64,000 nt of DNA from Mustelus asterias (Eukaryota): assembly GCF_964213995.1 (NCBI RefSeq), contig NC_135810.1:87110001-87174000 (forward strand), in the 5' to 3' direction. The notes below the pieces were generated by a model. It saw only the letters and a list, made by a program, of their open reading frames with translations. It did no database searches and was not told where the DNA came from. Each line of letters opens with the position of its first letter. Positions within the stretch are counted from its first letter, which is position 1. Positions 59,574 to 64,000 of the stretch are shown here, one piece after another. A program made the position numbers and the translations under genes.

Positions 59574-60619
59574 AAATGACTCTTTGGTGCAGATGAATTG
59601 AGTGGATAGAAAGATAGATAAGCGCGTTACACTATTACATAGACCATGCTCTACTTTCCTGGGACTTTGATGTTGTCTTGCCATTTCCCTCACCGAGAAA
59701 GTTGAGCACCCGGTTTTCATAGCTTTCCCCTGTTAAGATCAATGGCGGAATCAAGTTTGCTGAGTTAATCCCATTGCACTCACTCCTGCTACTTAGACCA
59801 TTATACCTCAGCAAATATGAAATTAAAAAATCTACAAATAGTTTAGTTCATCTGTCTTTATTGAAATGTTGAAGAACATTTTGTTCTGCATCAAATCTTG
59901 ACACCTTTGTGTTTACTGGATGTTAACCGTGTCATTTCTGACTCACCATTATGGTCACTGTAACCTATTCTAATCAGTTCACCAACAGATTTTGGCACAA
60001 GTTCACATTGGGGCACATTTTGCTCGAACTTACACTGTTCCAGGAAATTTGTTGTGGCTGATGGGAAGGAGTTAATAGATTGGCCATGCTTTTGGCAAGA
60101 CCTGATTGAATGTGTTCATTTTGCCAGTGCAAATAGGAGGCTGATAGCTTTAATGTCAAGATGCTTAATAAAAAGAAACAGGAATAAAACACAATTAGCC
60201 ACTTGAAGAACTGGCAATGCCAAATGTCATTTGTAAAATGCGCTGGAGGCAATGGTATAATACAAAGTTAAATAATTAAAGAGATGAAAGTCTTGAGTAT
60301 AAACAAATGCCAGTTCTGCCAGAATAGATTGAAAGCTCGTGCTAATGCTGGCAACCTGGTCTGGACTCAGTCCAAGCATTCATCCTTCCAACACCCAATG
60401 GAGTTCAGCCGAGGACAGTATTAATATGGGGAAAACCGTTCAGGCAGTGTGGAGATCCAGCTGCTTTAACTGCAACGTGGGTCAGACCTATCCTTGAGGA
60501 TCAGGAGTGCAAGATCCCAAGGCTTTGTTCTTCCTTGTGAGACCATTAATGATTTCTAAGTGTCTATCAGCAGTGGCTGTTGTTCAAGGGCCTGCTCTCA
60601 AAGGGTGTACTTTTTGCAT

Positions 60620-60756
60620 AAAAATAAAATACTGCAGAAGCTGGAAATCTGAAATAAAAAACAGAAAATGCTAGAAAAATGCACAAGGTCTGGTGGCATT
60701 TGCAAAGACAGAAACAGGATTAACATTTCAAGTCCAATGTGATTCTTCTTCGGAAT
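60620..60756 (-). mobile_element. Penelope family B single arm, diverged
   Basis: aaaatactgcagaagctggaaatctgaaa..ggtctggtggcat..ttaacatttcaagtcc..ttcttcttc. Confidence 0.7.
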
Positions 60757-61123
60757 GCATGGTTTCTTTTTTTGCATCTATTTTTCCCCTCATAAATAAT
60801 ATTTCACAGTAAAATGCAAGACAATGTGGGGTAGATTTTCACTTTAACCCCCTCTGGTTGAGCAAATTGCCTGCCCATTATAGAACTCATATGGCTTCCA
60901 ATGCAATGGAACTTAGACAGGTTCTATAATGGCTGACTGACCTACTCCAACATCCCACTGCCTCAGTGAAGCAATGGAAACCTACTCTCTGGGGTTCAAA
61001 ATGTTAATATCTTGAAGAAGACTTTTGATAAATGAACTGTGTGGATGTTCTGCAGAGCAGGAAGCTTCCAACTCCAGCCATTGGCCTGTCCCACGTTACC
61101 TGATCCCATCAAAGGTCACAAGT

Positions 61124-61416
61124 GGGCAGCATGTTGACACAGTGGTTAGCACTGCTGCCCCACAGTGCCAAGGACCCAGGTTCGATTCCCAGCTTGGGTC
61201 ACTATCTGTGCAGAGTCTGCATGTCCTCCCGTGTCTGCATGGGTTTCCTCTGGGTGCTCCAGTTTTATCTCACAGTCCGAAAGACGTGCTGGTTAGGTGC
61301 ATAGGGTCATGCTAAGTTCTTCCTCAGTGTACCCGAACAGGTGCCGGAGTGTGGTGACTAGGGGATTTCATTGCAGTGTTAATGTAAGCCTACTTGTGAC
61401 ACTGATAAATAAACTT
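61124..61416 (+). mobile_element. V-SINE, alternative tail
   Basis: Head, V-domain and tail ggagtgtggtgactagggg..gtaagcctacttgtgacactgataaataaactt, with a small deletion. Confidence 0.9.
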
Positions 61417-62229
61417 AAAATTTAATGAACATTATAATTGACTTCAATATCCCAGGGATATGCAGGGAGACAAGTGTCAGTTAGGGTTCCTGCACAGGAT
61501 TGCCTGCCACTGTTGGAAAGAAGTTTGACAATGTATGTGGTTTGGTCAGGATTAGGAATGGCTGTGATCCTACCAAAGTTGAGAGGTCTACAATGACTCA
61601 TGATGTGGGCTAATACAAGGAAAATGACCAGTTGGACAAGACACAATTGGTCGTGGCATCATATGTCAGAATGAGTCAGTACCTTCATGAGATGAAAGGA
61701 GGAAATTGGGGCAAGGGAAAGCTTTTTTTTGCTGCTCAGTGAATCTTAAGCATAATAAAGAAACTCTCCACCTGAAAAATGGACATTGACAGGCAACTGA
61801 AAATCCCAAAATATTGGTCTTATGTACCTTATATAGCAATAATCTGGGAAGGGAAACTGAAGTCAGGTACAATGGATCACATAGTCTTAACTTGGACCAT
61901 GAGAAAGGAATTAGTGTTACTCAACTGTGCAACAAAGCAAAGTCTTGGGGAAGACCTTGACCCTTGAACATTCTGCAAGTTGATCAGGAGGGCTGAGAAT
62001 TAGAACATGGGAAATGGAGGTCCCAGTGTATTGCTCGGTTCAAATGACATGACTAGATTGCTCAACAGGCAGGGTTATAGTTAGAAAATAGAATTGAGAC
62101 GTCCAGACCCTACTCACAAAAAACAGCTTTCGAAACTGTGCCAAAGCCTGGCTTCACCTAATCCACTGGTTCTCTTCCAGTCATGATCCTGTCAACATTT
62201 AAAGTCACAAATGGTAGGAGGCAGGGAGT

Positions 62230-62680
62230 TAATTTCCCAGAATGTTGCCAAGGGTCAAACTATGAATGGGGATTACGCAAAGTACAGTTGTATTCCCTGG
62301 AATTTAGAAGCTTAAGGGGTAATTTGATAGAAGTTTGCAAGATATTAAGAAGAATTAATAAGGTAGATAGAAACTACTTGCACATGTTGGAAAATCTAAG
62401 ACAAGGCGGCATGGTCTAAAAATTAGAGTGAAATTAGGAAACACTTCTATTGCAAAGAGTGGTAAAAATTTGAACTCTATTCCACAAATGGCAATCGATG
62501 CCAGGTAATTGTTAATTTTAAATCTTACTTTTGTTAAGCGAAGGATATGGGGCAAGGGGGGGGGGGGGCGGGGGTGGGTATATAGAATTAGGCAGCAGAT
62601 TAGCCATAATCTAATTGAATGGCATCACAAGCTGAGGGGAAGGGCTAAATGTTTCAACTCTTGTTCCTATATTCCTGTGT
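62230..62680 (+). mobile_element. Old CR1 LINE 3' end
   Basis: LYSLEFRSLRGNLIEVCKILRRINKVD; 3' UTR ..cagattagccataatctaattgaatggc. Confidence 0.8.
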
Positions 62681-63074
62681 AAAATGAAAAGAAATATGTC
62701 ATTAAAAATTCATACTGTCCAAGACCAAAACACAATGTGAGGATAAACCTCTCCCCCACCACACATTACAGCAGTATTATTTCAACATTTTATATCATGC
62801 ACATTTTATTAATGCTCTGGCCTCCCTTTTGATCTGTCAGCCTGGCCTTCAGCAGTGCTCCCACTAGTCTCACACTCTTCCATTGGATTGGGCCTTGATG
62901 TCCTGCTGCTGGAACCAGTCCACCATTACTAATTGGACAGCAATGCAGAAGTGGTCTACAAGGGTTTGCCCTTTGGCACCACCATTAGTCATATCACAGA
63001 CAAGGTAAAGGATTGGTTTATTGATTGTACCAACTCCAAAAAAGCTAGTAACTTCACGAAAAAAAGAAAAAGAA

Positions 63075-63282
63075 TGAATATTGTTTATATAGCACTTTAT
63101 CACATTTCTCAGGAATGTCCCGAAGCTTTTCACATCTAATAAACTGCTTTGAAGTGCAGGAACATGTTTTGTCGGGAAACACGGCGATGATTTTGCACGC
63201 TGCAAGGTCCAACAAACAGTAATGGGACCAATGGCCAGTTAATCTGTTTTATTAGTATTAGTCAAGGAAAGAATGTTGGCTT
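63075..63282 (-). mobile_element. Deu-SINE/L2-type 3' remnant
   Basis: tttatatagcacttt..gtcccgaagctttt..tttgaagtg..aatctgtttt..atgttggc. Confidence 0.6.
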
Positions 63283-63689
63283 TGATTCATGTACATGGCC
63301 AAAGTGTTTTAACCCAGGAAGGCATGTGTGAACAGAAGTTTTGCCAAGGACATCAAGAACATGTCAAAAAACTTTTTTCTAAGGTCCAGATTCACCAGAA
63401 AAGCTCAATAAAGTTTTATTATAGTAAAAATGTATGTAATGAGATCAGTGGAATAAAACAAGTGATTTACTGCCGGCTGTTGTATTATTTGTAATCAAAC
63501 TATTCCCATGGTGACAATACATTCTTATCTACGCTGTCAGCACTCTGTTGGATCTATCAAATAGAATTATGAATACCAATGTCATACAACGCTCATGAAA
63601 CAATGATTAATTAATGACTATTTAAGTTTGCTAATAATTGTTTTTTAACTTATATTTTACTGTGATTTCAATGATATTGTTGTGCGGGG

Positions 63690-63985
63690 TGATTGGTGGT
63701 ATAATGGTTATCTTCCTGGCCTAGTCATCCAGAGGCAGGAGCTAATGATCTAGATATAAATGGTTAAACCCCCAACATGGCAGCGGGGGCATTTAAATTC
63801 AGTTGATAAATACACCTGGAATAAAAAGCCAGCATCAGCAATTGGGACCATTTAACTACCAGATTGTTGTGAATTAAAATCTCTGGTTCACTAATATCCT
63901 TTAGGGATGATTTGAGCAGTGCAATTGATCATTAATTGCCCTCTGATTGGCCAGGAACTGGGGTGGCAATAAATGTTGGCGTTTT
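63690..63985 (+). mobile_element. Second tRNA-SINE family, old deleted copy
   Basis: ctggttcactaatatcctttaggga..ggcaataaatgttggc. Confidence 0.7.
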
Positions 63986-64000
63986 CAGACTTCATTTTCA

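Overview
Eukaryotic, non-coding, repeat-dominated DNA. It is very likely from a cartilaginous fish (shark/ray), inferred from many HE1-type V-SINEs and their CR1/HER1-like partner LINE tails. No intact host gene, rRNA, tRNA gene or CRISPR array is supportable; the short ORFs are transposon remnants or noise. The window holds three SINE lineages plus a tail-swapped V-SINE, CR1, L2-like, Rex1/Babar and Vingi LINE ends, solo LTRs and a Gypsy integrase remnant, and one hAT MITE. It also holds a decayed two-gene Harbinger system (two HARBI1-like transposase pseudogenes and one spliced Myb/SANT-like partner) with many MITEs bearing 3-bp TSDs. Most notable are: (1) tiny Penelope-derived fold-back insertions with 12-15-bp TSDs carrying minimal hammerhead-ribozyme motifs, in two families with covarying stems; (2) a V-SINE subfamily whose tail resembles the Rex1/Babar 3' stem-loop rather than CR1; (3) an ancient 34-bp minisatellite fragmented over about 6 kb; (4) an inverted Deu-SINE pair sharing derived changes. 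Boundaries were read by eye and may be off by a few to tens of bases.
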